A stretch of 64,000 nt of DNA. It comes from Faecalibacillus sp. (lineage in GTDB: Bacteria; Bacillota_I; Bacilli_A; RFN20; CAG-826). Location of the stretch: positions 34,871 through 98,870 of the forward strand of contig CAVAGP010000003.1 in the NCBI GenBank assembly GCA_963588175.1. The letters are read 5' to 3'. The position numbers were made by a program, and so were the translations under genes. The notes under the pieces were generated by a model. It saw only the letters and a list, made by a program, of their open reading frames with translations. It did no database searches and was not told the origin of the DNA. Below, piece after piece: positions 20,854 through 29,401 of this stretch (within the stretch, counting starts at the first letter, position 1; each line of letters opens with the position of its first letter).

Positions 20854-21924
20854 CTATCTATTGATGGCCCATTTAATAACGTCTTTGTCACTTTGGTGAG
20901 TTACAGTTTTGATTGCGTCATCAGGTGTCATCCAAGAAATTGATGACACTTCGCATTCCTGCGCAATCGTGTCGACATTTGAGGCAACCGCTCTAAAGAA
21001 TACAACTTTCTTAACGCATCCAGGGAACGGTGAATAATAAATGAAATAAGAATCGTCTCCCTGAATTTCTACATCTAGATTAGTTTCCTCTTTAATCTCT
21101 CTTAAGGCAGTGCCTTTTTCTCCATCATCACCAACTTCAACATGGCCTTTGGGGATTGAATAATGTCCGCCAGCCATATGTTCAACAAGGATTTTCCCAT
21201 CGTGGAATACCACTGCACCGCAGCTCTTTTCTTGTTTATGAAGCAAGTTGCATAATGTCGCAATCTTATCATCGCTTAAACCGATAAATTTGAAATATTC
21301 GATTGGAGAACCATATCTCTTCTTGAATTCGTCAATCACTTTAGGCAAGAAATTGACATTAGGTTCAATTACGCAAAGTGGCAACAAAGGTTTGCCATCT
21401 TTAAACGCTTTGGAATAAAGCTTAGGCAATAATGGGTAAGTAATCATATAATCGGCGCATATATCGTTGAATGATACCCCGGCTGCCCAAAGCAAAAGCA
21501 AAGAATAGGCCCCAGTTCTATCTTTCCCCGCTGTGCAGTGAATGATGCAAGGTTTCTCGCAATCTGCAATAGTTTCGAGAATTTGCTTGGAATTTGCAGG
21601 ATTTTCAAACATTTCCATATAAGATTCGACCGTGTCATCGAAATCTTTCGGAATTCTCCCTGCACCATTAACGCATATTTGATATGTCTTGATTCCAAGA
21701 ACGCCAAATGTGCAATCCGGACGATCATTGCAATTTTCCGGTGTTCTAAAATCGATAACGGTTTTAACGCCAAGCGATTGGATTTTCTTCAAATCATTTG
21801 CGGTGCCTTCACTTAAATCTCCAGATCTAAAAATGACGCCAAATGCAGTCTCACCATATTGCGTTTCATATCCACCTAAATCACGGAAGTTTTCAATTTC
21901 CTCAAAGTTATAATGTCTTGCCAT
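20854..21924 (-). CDS. Fusion protein: N-terminal Cys-based protein-tyrosine-phosphatase-like domain + C-terminal NUDIX hydrolase
   Basis: CX5R P-loop HCTAGKDRTG at around aa 130. Nudix box GHYSIPKGHVEVGDDGEKGTALREIKEETNL at around aa 255-285. Confidence 0.75.
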   Translation of the reverse strand: MARHYNFEEIENFRDLGGYETQYGETAFGVIFRSGDLSEGTANDLKKIQSLGVKTVIDFRTPENCNDRPDCTFGVLGIKTYQICVNGAGRIPKDFDDTVESYMEMFENPANSKQILETIADCEKPCIIHCTAGKDRTGAYSLLLLWAAGVSFNDICADYMITYPLLPKLYSKAFKDGKPLLPLCVIEPNVNFLPKVIDEFKKRYGSPIEYFKFIGLSDDKIATLCNLLHKQEKSCGAVVFHDGKILVEHMAGGHYSIPKGHVEVGDDGEKGTALREIKEETNLDVEIQGDDSYFIYYSPFPGCVKKVVFFRAVASNVDTIAQECEVSSISWMTPDDAIKTVTHQSDKDVIKWAINR

Positions 21925-21947
21925 AGCAATAAGTCTAATTGAACAGA

Positions 21948-21976
21948 CAAAAAAAGAAAGCCATTTTCAGGCTTTC
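21948..21976 (-). terminator. Intrinsic terminator downstream of mscL (GAAAGCC/GGCTTTC stem plus U7)
   Basis: Read directly from the sequence on the minus strand. Confidence 0.55.
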
Positions 21977-22001
21977 CATATTTGAATTATCTAAGTTTAG
22001 A

Positions 22002-22607
22002 TTACTCAGCAGCAGCTTCTTCAACTGGTTCTTCTTTCTTTGCAAGAGTTGCTTTTGCCTTTGTTTCAAGTTCAAGTCTCTTCTTTGAGAATGCGGCAGC
22101 AACCTTAACAACGATGAAGAGCGTTAACGCAACGATGAGGAATGAGATTACAGCGTTGATGAACGTTCCCCAGTCGATAACAGCGGAAAGATTGTAAGTG
22201 TATGTTGATCCGTGAAGTGTGTACTTACTTGTGAGGAATGTCTTAGCGGATTCAATAAGGTTAGGATTCTCGGTGAGGTAGTTAGGATTTGCTGCAATCT
22301 GCTCTGCGTAGTTTCCTTCTGCAACTGTTGTTGCTAATTTCTGTAAATCGGCAGCAGCGAACTTCTGTCCGATGCCGTCGATGCCTTTCTGAGCATCATT
22401 TAAAGCCGGAAGGACTGTGACTAATCCTTTTAAGCCTCCTGGAACTGCCCATGTGCATAAGCTTAATAAGATGTTGGTCAATGCTGTAACAATTGTGTTG
22501 AATGCGCCGCCGATGATGACACCAACTGCCATATCGAGAACGTTACCGCGGCTAATGAATGCTTTGAATTCGTTCCAAAGACTTTTTGCTTTGTTTTCTT
22601 TTGCCAT
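22002..22607 (-). CDS. mscL: Large-conductance mechanosensitive channel MscL with a ~60-aa insertion in the periplasmic loop
   Basis: N-terminal [23 protein letters not shown], the MscL signature. 201 aa versus about 130-150 aa for typical MscL. Start placed at the ATG with a GGAGG Shine-Dalgarno (22607). Confidence 0.8.
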   Translation of the reverse strand: MAKENKAKSLWNEFKAFISRGNVLDMAVGVIIGGAFNTIVTALTNILLSLCTWAVPGGLKGLVTVLPALNDAQKGIDGIGQKFAAADLQKLATTVAEGNYAEQIAANPNYLTENPNLIESAKTFLTSKYTLHGSTYTYNLSAVIDWGTFINAVISFLIVALTLFIVVKVAAAFSKKRLELETKAKATLAKKEEPVEEAAAE

Positions 22608-22797
22608 AATGATTATGACCTCCAATTTCCGTTAGATATTCTACTATCTAAATCCGCAATTTAAAGACGGACAGGATGTTTTTTTGCAATTTGTGGTGCT
22701 TTAATCGTTTTTGATCACCGATTTTTGCGCCTTAAAACACATAAAGCGGTTTCTTGCCCGTGGTAAAAAGAAAAGGCTAAAGGTAGAATATAGAGCC

Positions 22798-23370
22798 ATG
22801 AGAGAAATAGTTTTATCAGAAGAGCAAATTAATGATGTTTGCACACGACTCGGGCGTGAATTAACAGAGGAATTAAAAAATGAAGAAAAATTCCCTGTCT
22901 TTATCGGCGTTATGAATGGGGCATTGCCATTCTTAATGGATTTAGTCAGGAAGGTGGATTTAGAGTTCTATATGGACTTTATCCAGGTTTCATCCTATTC
23001 AGGAACGCATTCAACAGGAATAGTTCAGCTGAAGAAAGACGTCAGCTTTGACCTTGAAGGAAGAACAGCGGTCATCGTTGAGGATATCGTTGATACAGGT
23101 TTATCAATGGCCTACCTCATCAATCACGTTAAATCCAAGAATCCAAAGAGAGTGTTAGTCGTCTCCCTGTTCGATAAAGAAACGTCAAGGAAAAACGATG
23201 TCAAAGTCGACTTTGCCGGAGTTAAGAATTCGGGAAATCAATTCCTCTGCGGATACGGCCTTGATTACCAAGAAATGTATAGAACAGTACCTTACGTTTT
23301 CAACCTTTCGCCTGAAGAAAAACAAAGAATTGATGCAAAATTTGCCGAAGAAAAAGAGATGAGCAAATAA
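22798..23370 (+). CDS. hpt: Hypoxanthine(-guanine) phosphoribosyltransferase
   Basis: PRTase motif VIVEDIVDTGLSM. Start placed at ATG 22798 (MREIVLSEEQI); the track ORF includes a spurious upstream extension. Confidence 0.85.
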   Translation: MREIVLSEEQINDVCTRLGRELTEELKNEEKFPVFIGVMNGALPFLMDLVRKVDLEFYMDFIQVSSYSGTHSTGIVQLKKDVSFDLEGRTAVIVEDIVDTGLSMAYLINHVKSKNPKRVLVVSLFDKETSRKNDVKVDFAGVKNSGNQFLCGYGLDYQEMYRTVPYVFNLSPEEKQRIDAKFAEEKEMSK

Positions 23371-23400
23371 AAACTCGGCTTCAAAACCGAGTTTTATTTT
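23368..23400. terminator. Bidirectional intrinsic terminator between convergent hpt and upp
   Basis: The sequence reads AAAAACTCGG-CTTCAAA-ACCGAGTTTTATTTT, i.e. an A-run, a hairpin, then a T-run. Confidence 0.6.
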
Positions 23401-23406
23401 CCTCAA

Positions 23407-24060
23407 TTAGTCGTTAACCTGAGTTCCGAAGATACGGTCACCGCAGTCGCCTAATCCAGGGCAGATATAAGCGTTGCTGTTGAGTTCTCTATCAAGAGTG
23501 CCGACATAAACCGGGATTTCTGGGAATTTCTCCGCAAACGCTTTGACGCCTTCTGGCGCGGCGATGATGCAGATGAATGTGATGTCTTTGACTCCGTGTT
23601 TGTGAAGAGATTCGACTGCATCGATTGCAGATCCGCCTGTTGCAAGCATTGGGTCAAGAAGGAAGACTTTCATCTTTGAAATGCTCTTTGGAAGCTTGCA
23701 GTAATATTCAACCGGAGTATGCGTTTCTTCGTTACGATACATTCCAAGATGACCAACGTGTGCGTTAGGAATGAGCTGTGTCATGCCATCAACCATTCCA
23801 AGTCCCGCTCTTAGGATCGGAACGAAACATATATCACGTCCTTCGACAACTGGCTGAACAGTCTTTTCGATAGGTGTCTGAATCTCAACATCCTGAGTTG
23901 GGATAGTCTTGAAAGCTTCATATCCCTCGAGAACCGCCACTTCTTTAACAAGTTGTCTAAACTGAGCGGTTGGAGTGTTGACATCTCTCATCTTAGAGAT
24001 TTTGTGTTTGAGCAAAGGATGCTGAATGAATGTGAAATTTGTGTATTTTGATAAATCCAT
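23407..24060 (-). CDS. upp: Uracil phosphoribosyltransferase
   Basis: Contains HPLLKHKISKMRD...LLDPMLATGGS, which are UPRT motifs. Start placed at ATG 24060, which has a GGAGG Shine-Dalgarno; ATG 24075 is an alternative. Confidence 0.9.
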   Translation of the reverse strand: MDLSKYTNFTFIQHPLLKHKISKMRDVNTPTAQFRQLVKEVAVLEGYEAFKTIPTQDVEIQTPIEKTVQPVVEGRDICFVPILRAGLGMVDGMTQLIPNAHVGHLGMYRNEETHTPVEYYCKLPKSISKMKVFLLDPMLATGGSAIDAVESLHKHGVKDITFICIIAAPEGVKAFAEKFPEIPVYVGTLDRELNSNAYICPGLGDCGDRIFGTQVND

Positions 24061-24326
24061 TGACCGGACCTCCATATAATCCTTATCAAGTTTAATAAGG
24101 CGGATGGAAATGAAAAGAATTTTCTTTCGATTCGTTACAAAAAATAAAAAAGCTTCGATAATCACGAAGTTTTCTCTTTGAAGTGGGTTTATCATTGTAT
24201 TATATCAAAGCCTTTTTTTCAATATGAAAACGTCTTTTTGAAAATCTTTTTAATTATTGTCATTAATTGGTTGACTTAACAAAGATATAGAGGAAAATAA
24301 CCGACGGAAAAAACGGGAGGGAGAAT

Positions 24327-24407
24327 ATGGCGCTGCTTGAAATGCTTAATACAATTCCATCTGGTGTCAGCATTTCTTTTGCCACCCCTTTAATTTCCAA
24401 ACGTTAA
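24327..24407 (+). CDS. Candidate 26-aa leader peptide (MALLEMLNTIPSGVSISFATPLISKR) upstream of the uracil permease
   Basis: It has a GGGAGGGAG Shine-Dalgarno 6 nt upstream. Its stop codon lies 6 nt before the terminator hairpin. Confidence 0.3.
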   Translation: MALLEMLNTIPSGVSISFATPLISKR

Positions 24408-24412
24408 AAATC

Positions 24413-24441
24413 GACTCGGTATCAGTGCCGAGTCTTTTTTT
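24413..24441 (+). terminator. Intrinsic terminator / attenuator in the uracil-permease leader (GACTCGG-tatcagtg-CCGAGTC plus T7)
   Basis: Read directly from the sequence. It is followed 20 nt later by the AGGAGG Shine-Dalgarno of the permease. Confidence 0.55.
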
Positions 24442-24464
24442 AGAAGATTCAGGAGGAAACATCA

Positions 24465-25940
24465 ATGGAAAAGAATCTTGTCTTAGACGTTGAAGAGAAT
24501 CCTAAGAAATTGTCTCACTGGCTCCTATTCGGAATCCAGCACGTCTTAGCGATGCTCGTGGCATGTATCACCGTGCCTCTTATCACCGGCTTGCCTATCG
24601 CAGCCACATTAATTGCCGCCGGTATCGGCACCTTATTCTACATTTTCATCACCAAAAAGAAGTCACCAGTCTTCCTCTCATCATCATTCGCTTACATCTC
24701 ACCTATGTCCTCAGCTCTTGCTGTGGGACTCATCAACAATGCCGGTGGTCAGAACTACTTTGCCCTTATCCTCGGCATGCTCTTCGTTGGAATTGTCTAC
24801 GTTGCAATCGCCATTGTCATCAAGTTCATTGGAACAAAATGGTTGGATAAAGTCCTTCCTCCGATCGTGGTCGGACCAGTAATCATGGTCATCGGCTTAG
24901 GACTTGCAACATCCGCTGTCAACAATTTAACAGGCGTTAATACGGGAAATGATGCAGATTACAACTTAATCAAAATCCTTTGCGGTCTCATCGCAATGTT
25001 TGCTACCGCATTCGCTTCCCATTACGGAAAGAACAAAATGATTGGCTTAATTCCATTCATCGTCGGCATGGGCTCAGGCTATATCGCTGCACTCTTATTC
25101 ACAATCTTCGGTTCTGTCATCGGCAAGAATGCTTACTTTGCAATCGTTGATTTCACACCATTTGAACAATTGGTCAATGGTTTCAAATCAGGTGATGCTG
25201 GCGAAATTATCGCCCAAATCTTCAACTGGAAATTATTCAAGCCAGACGATCCTGAATCGTTCATGTTCTTAAGATTCGAGGCAATCAAGAGCTTCGATTG
25301 GGCAACAATTGGCACGGTCGCATTACTCTTCATCCCAGTATCACTCGTCACTGTCTGCGAACACATCGGTGACCACGAAAACCTTGGAAACATCATTGGC
25401 CGCGACCTCTTAAATGGCGAGCCTGGTATGACCAGAACCTTAACAGGTGATGGTATCGCAACAGCCATCTCTGGTGCACTCTGCGGTGCTGCTAACACAA
25501 CATACGGCGAAAACGTCGCAGTCGTCGGAACAACAGGAATCGCATCTACAAACGTCGTTCTTCTTGCTGCCGTCATGTCTGTCGTCATTGGTTTCTTCAC
25601 GCCATTCACCGCATTGCTTGAAACAGTTCCAGCTTGTGTTACAGGCGGCGTCTCATTAATCCTTTATGGATTCATCGCTTCTTCAGGCGTTAAGATGCTC
25701 ATCTCCGAAAGAATCGACTTCGGTAAATCAAAGAACATCTTCATCGCTTCAGTTATCTTAGTCGCCGGCATCGGCGGATTAGCCTTTAACTTCGGCGATT
25801 ATGTTAAGATCACTTCAACTGCAGTTGCTATGATTCTCGGCATTGTCCTCAACTTTGCATTAGTCGACAAAGACGAGAAAAAAGCAGAAGAAAAGACAGT
25901 CGAGGCAGAAAAACCAGCGGAAGAGTCAAGAGCTGAGTAA
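24465..25940 (+). CDS. uraA: NCS2-family nucleobase permease (probable uracil permease) with a Lys/Glu-rich C-terminal tail
   Basis: 12-14 TM segments, NCS2 motifs, 491 aa. Adjacent to upp. Confidence 0.75.
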   Translation: MEKNLVLDVEENPKKLSHWLLFGIQHVLAMLVACITVPLITGLPIAATLIAAGIGTLFYIFITKKKSPVFLSSSFAYISPMSSALAVGLINNAGGQNYFALILGMLFVGIVYVAIAIVIKFIGTKWLDKVLPPIVVGPVIMVIGLGLATSAVNNLTGVNTGNDADYNLIKILCGLIAMFATAFASHYGKNKMIGLIPFIVGMGSGYIAALLFTIFGSVIGKNAYFAIVDFTPFEQLVNGFKSGDAGEIIAQIFNWKLFKPDDPESFMFLRFEAIKSFDWATIGTVALLFIPVSLVTVCEHIGDHENLGNIIGRDLLNGEPGMTRTLTGDGIATAISGALCGAANTTYGENVAVVGTTGIASTNVVLLAAVMSVVIGFFTPFTALLETVPACVTGGVSLILYGFIASSGVKMLISERIDFGKSKNIFIASVILVAGIGGLAFNFGDYVKITSTAVAMILGIVLNFALVDKDEKKAEEKTVEAEKPAEESRAE

Positions 25941-26189
25941 AATTAAATAAGCCAAAAGGTTGTTGCAAAAACATCGCAATATGCGAATATAGCAACAACT
26001 TTTTTTGTGCTTTTAGAGTAAAATGTTGTTTTGTTGTGTGATTACCACCATGACTAAAATGTCATCACATTATGGGAATCCGTTACAATCAAAAAGTAAC
26101 GTTATTGGCGTGTAGTCCACAAAGCCGGCGAAGCATTTAAACGCCGACTAATTGAATTATTACTGCAACAAATCGCCTAAAAGCACATA

Positions 26190-26420
26190 CTGGAGGCATC
26201 CGCCGGAGGGTGGAAGCCCACCACACTTAGGGCTTGAACCTAAATGTTGCTAGGTTATAATTATTTTGCTGTTTGGGTCCCCTCAGTTTTTTACTGAGAG
26301 GAGCCTTTTTATTTCAGCAATCTAACTACTATTGAGATAAGCAGCACTGCCGCAATCGCGACTAGCAGCATATCCGTTCCTTTCCCCTATCCGGCGGATG
26401 GCAGTATTAGAGCGCATAAT
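26190..26420 (-). ncRNA. Candidate structured small RNA (6S-like closed-stem architecture) or MITE-like element; strand and identity uncertain
   Basis: A perfect 11-bp long-range pairing joins CATCCGCCGGA (26198-26208) and TCCGGCGGATG (26389-26399). It encloses the hairpins GGTGG-AAGC-CCACC and CTCAGT-UUUUU-ACTGAG. On the minus strand a TATAAT lies 20 nt upstream of the closing stem. Confidence 0.3.
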
Positions 26421-26565
26421 TAATGCCCTCCATTATATTAGTAGTCGACTTTTCCAGATTTTTTCCCTAAAAAAATAAAAATTATTCAAATTTTATATAG
26501 AAAAAGGCCGTTTTTAGAACCATTCCGGTTTTTCAACAGCCCTTTTTCGGTTATTCCAATAAGGA

Positions 26566-28098
26566 TTAATCATCGGCACCCAAAGCTTCAAGACCCTTGG
26601 CATTCTTTGCCTTATCATTCTTGTGCGGAGCCTTAACGAAGACGAAGATCAAACCTGCCATAAGCATCAAGACACAAGAGTAAATCGGGAGAGCGTTCCA
26701 TGAGCCCACCGCCATGAAGATAAGTCCGATAAGGATTGGGGTCACGGATTGAGCAAGCATCGATGCGGTGTAGTATAAGGATGTGAATTTCCCAAGTTTA
26801 TCAGATGTGCAGTAGTCGGTAACAAGAGGGAAGGAACAAATATGGATGAGAGATGTTCCAAGGCCGACGATTGGAGTGATGATATAGAATGCCCACGGGA
26901 AGGAAGAATCAAATGTTGGATCAGCAGCTTGTTTAGTAAGCGCACCCACTAATGCATATGCGGCATAACCCAGAACTACCGTGCAAATTCCGGTCATAAT
27001 AGTCCATTTGCGGCCAATTTTATCCGCGATCGGGCCTGCGATCAAGAATCCGCAGACGGAGGCTGCACCGGAAAGAACCGTCATTATAGCGCCACCGCCT
27101 GATGATGTATTGAAATGGAACATCAGGTAATTTGTCTGGAATGTCTCAATTCCATTCAAGGACATAAACCAGAAGACCTCTGCAACAAGAATAAGAGCGA
27201 GGTTCCTTAAGTTATTCTTTGATAGTTTGCCACTTGTTGTGACTTGTTCAGCAGATTCGCCCATTGCGTCACCGCGAGCGATTTCCGCATCCAATTGCTC
27301 ATGCAATTTGTTCTCTTTGACCTTGATAAGCAAAAGAGTGAGCGAAGCAAGAAGCACCGCTGATGAAACGAGGAACGGAATTTCAAGCGTCCATAACGAC
27401 TTAGAGGTACCCTCCATGTATGAAGTGACAGGGATAACAATGCCAAAGATTGCCCCGATTGCACCACCGGCATATCCAACAACATTGATGATGCCATTTG
27501 CTCTACTACGCAATGGTTTTGGAGTTAAATCAGGCATCAAAGCAACGGCAGGTGAACGATATGACATCATAAACATGATAATGACAACCATAGTGCAAAT
27601 CATGCCAATCAAGGCAGCCGTAATGTTGCTGGTGTTCTCCATTCCCATATTGAAGAACAAAGGGATCAATGGCAAAACAAAGGCGGTTACAACAGACCCA
27701 ACAATTATGAATGGCATTCTTTTGCCGAGTTTTGAGTGAGTCTTATCCGACCAATTGCCAAATAACGGCATCATGAAGAGGGCGGCGATATTATCTAACG
27801 CCATGATGATTCCGACTTTCCATTGGATTTTCAGGTAATCGTTTGAGGTGATATATCCAGCCGCCAAAATATCTTTCATTTTGGTCAATCCAGCCGCGCT
27901 TGCAGCGGCTATTTTGTCAGGATAATCACTTTTAGCAAAAAGCATTGCGAGCATTGGTGAGCAATAAGTATTGTAAAGCTGCCACACCAATAAAATGCCA
28001 AAAAAGGCCAAACCAATCCAAATCGTTCTCTTCAAATAATCTTTGGAGAATTTCATTGCACCGGAGCCACTTTGGACAGAGGAGTTTTCATTTTCCAT
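26566..28098 (-). CDS. MFS transporter, GPH (glycoside-pentoside-hexuronide)-like
   Basis: 510 aa, about 12 TM segments, a GPH-like PLFGNWSDKT...GKRMPF motif. Confidence 0.7.
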   Translation of the reverse strand: MENENSSVQSGSGAMKFSKDYLKRTIWIGLAFFGILLVWQLYNTYCSPMLAMLFAKSDYPDKIAAASAAGLTKMKDILAAGYITSNDYLKIQWKVGIIMALDNIAALFMMPLFGNWSDKTHSKLGKRMPFIIVGSVVTAFVLPLIPLFFNMGMENTSNITAALIGMICTMVVIIMFMMSYRSPAVALMPDLTPKPLRSRANGIINVVGYAGGAIGAIFGIVIPVTSYMEGTSKSLWTLEIPFLVSSAVLLASLTLLLIKVKENKLHEQLDAEIARGDAMGESAEQVTTSGKLSKNNLRNLALILVAEVFWFMSLNGIETFQTNYLMFHFNTSSGGGAIMTVLSGAASVCGFLIAGPIADKIGRKWTIMTGICTVVLGYAAYALVGALTKQAADPTFDSSFPWAFYIITPIVGLGTSLIHICSFPLVTDYCTSDKLGKFTSLYYTASMLAQSVTPILIGLIFMAVGSWNALPIYSCVLMLMAGLIFVFVKAPHKNDKAKNAKGLEALGADD

Positions 28099-28238
28099 GT
28101 AGTGTCTTCCTTTTCTAATTGCATTAACTATAACACCACCCCCAAAAATATAAGAGTGGTTAAATCGGTAATTAATTATTTAAAAAGGAAAGCCACATGA
28201 TATATTTCTAGCCATAGTTTTTAAAAGGAGAACTACTT

Positions 28239-29363
28239 ATGGCGGAAGAAAATGCAGAAAACAAAGTTGGTTTCTGGGCCAATCTTAAAGATAAGGCGAT
28301 GAAAACCACCAACGGCATGGCCATTGGCTTATTCGGAACCTTAATCATCGGGACAATATTCGATTTGTTCGCAAAAATCCCTGGATTATCAATCATTTCA
28401 AGCTGGTCAACAGTCATCAAGAGTCTAATGGGAGCTGGAATTGGTTTAGGAGTGGCGCTCTCACTCAATAAAAAAGGAGTAACCGTAGTAGCCGCCATGG
28501 CATCTGGCATGTTAGGTAATTCGATGTTCAACTGGTTGCCCGTCGTTGATGCCACCGAGAATAACATCCAGTTCACGATTACCACGATTTCAGATCCGCT
28601 GTCTTGCTATATATCGGTCATTTTAGCGATGCTTGGCATCAAATACATAATGAGGAAGAAAACCCCGGTTGATTTACTACTCATCCCACTTGTGGGGCTG
28701 GCAATCGGAATGGTCTATTCCCTTTTACTATCCCAATGGATTCATCAAGTTACATTATTTTTATCACAGATAATCGAATGGAGTTTCAACATCAATGGGG
28801 TTCTCTCATTCATTATGTGCACAATTGTTTCAACATTGGTTGGCATGGCTCTAACCGCTCCAATATCCTCTGTTGCCATCTGCATTGCCATATCAATTGG
28901 CGGAACTAGACTCGCATCCATCGCCGCATTAGTTGGATGCTGCACTCAAATGCTCGGATTCGCGATTCACACTGCAAGAGATAACAAATGGGGTTCCGTT
29001 ATCGCGGTCGGAATTGGGACTTCGATGCTTCAATTCAAAAACATCATCAGAAAGCCATTGGTTTGGTTGCCAACGATTATCGTATCCGCAGTCTTGGGGC
29101 CACTAGCCCTAACATTTAATGACGCATGGTTTGCTCAAGATATGTCAACATCCGCTTTATCGGTATCAGCTGGCATGGGAACTTCAGGATTGGTCGGGCC
29201 ACTCAACTTGTGGTCCTGCACAAATTACTGTTGGCAATCTGTCGTTTGGGTAATAGGTATTTGTATACTCGCACCAATTATCCTCGTATTTTTAATCGAT
29301 TTGCTATTTAGAAAACTGGGTTGGATAAAATCTGGCGATTTCTCGCTTCAGAATGATTTATAA
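28239..29363 (+). CDS. Polytopic membrane permease, possibly PTS EIIC-like; family uncertain
   Basis: 374 aa, about 10 hydrophobic segments. The N-terminus FWANLKDKAMKTTNGMAIGLFG is reminiscent of glucose-family EIIC N-termini. No EIIB domain is present. Confidence 0.35.
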   Translation: MAEENAENKVGFWANLKDKAMKTTNGMAIGLFGTLIIGTIFDLFAKIPGLSIISSWSTVIKSLMGAGIGLGVALSLNKKGVTVVAAMASGMLGNSMFNWLPVVDATENNIQFTITTISDPLSCYISVILAMLGIKYIMRKKTPVDLLLIPLVGLAIGMVYSLLLSQWIHQVTLFLSQIIEWSFNINGVLSFIMCTIVSTLVGMALTAPISSVAICIAISIGGTRLASIAALVGCCTQMLGFAIHTARDNKWGSVIAVGIGTSMLQFKNIIRKPLVWLPTIIVSAVLGPLALTFNDAWFAQDMSTSALSVSAGMGTSGLVGPLNLWSCTNYCWQSVVWVIGICILAPIILVFLIDLLFRKLGWIKSGDFSLQNDL

Positions 29364-29401
29364 GCATAAAAAACCCTTGATTTGAAGAGTTTTTATTTTC
29401 A

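Noticed and set aside
26190-26420. tmRNA (ssrA) in the uraA/MFS intergenic gap
   Set aside because: No tag-peptide reading frame ending in ...(A/L)AA-stop was found on either strand. No GGGG 5' end, no T-arm GGUUCGA-like loop and no 3' CCA context. The paired ends span only about 200 nt, shorter than a one-piece tmRNA.
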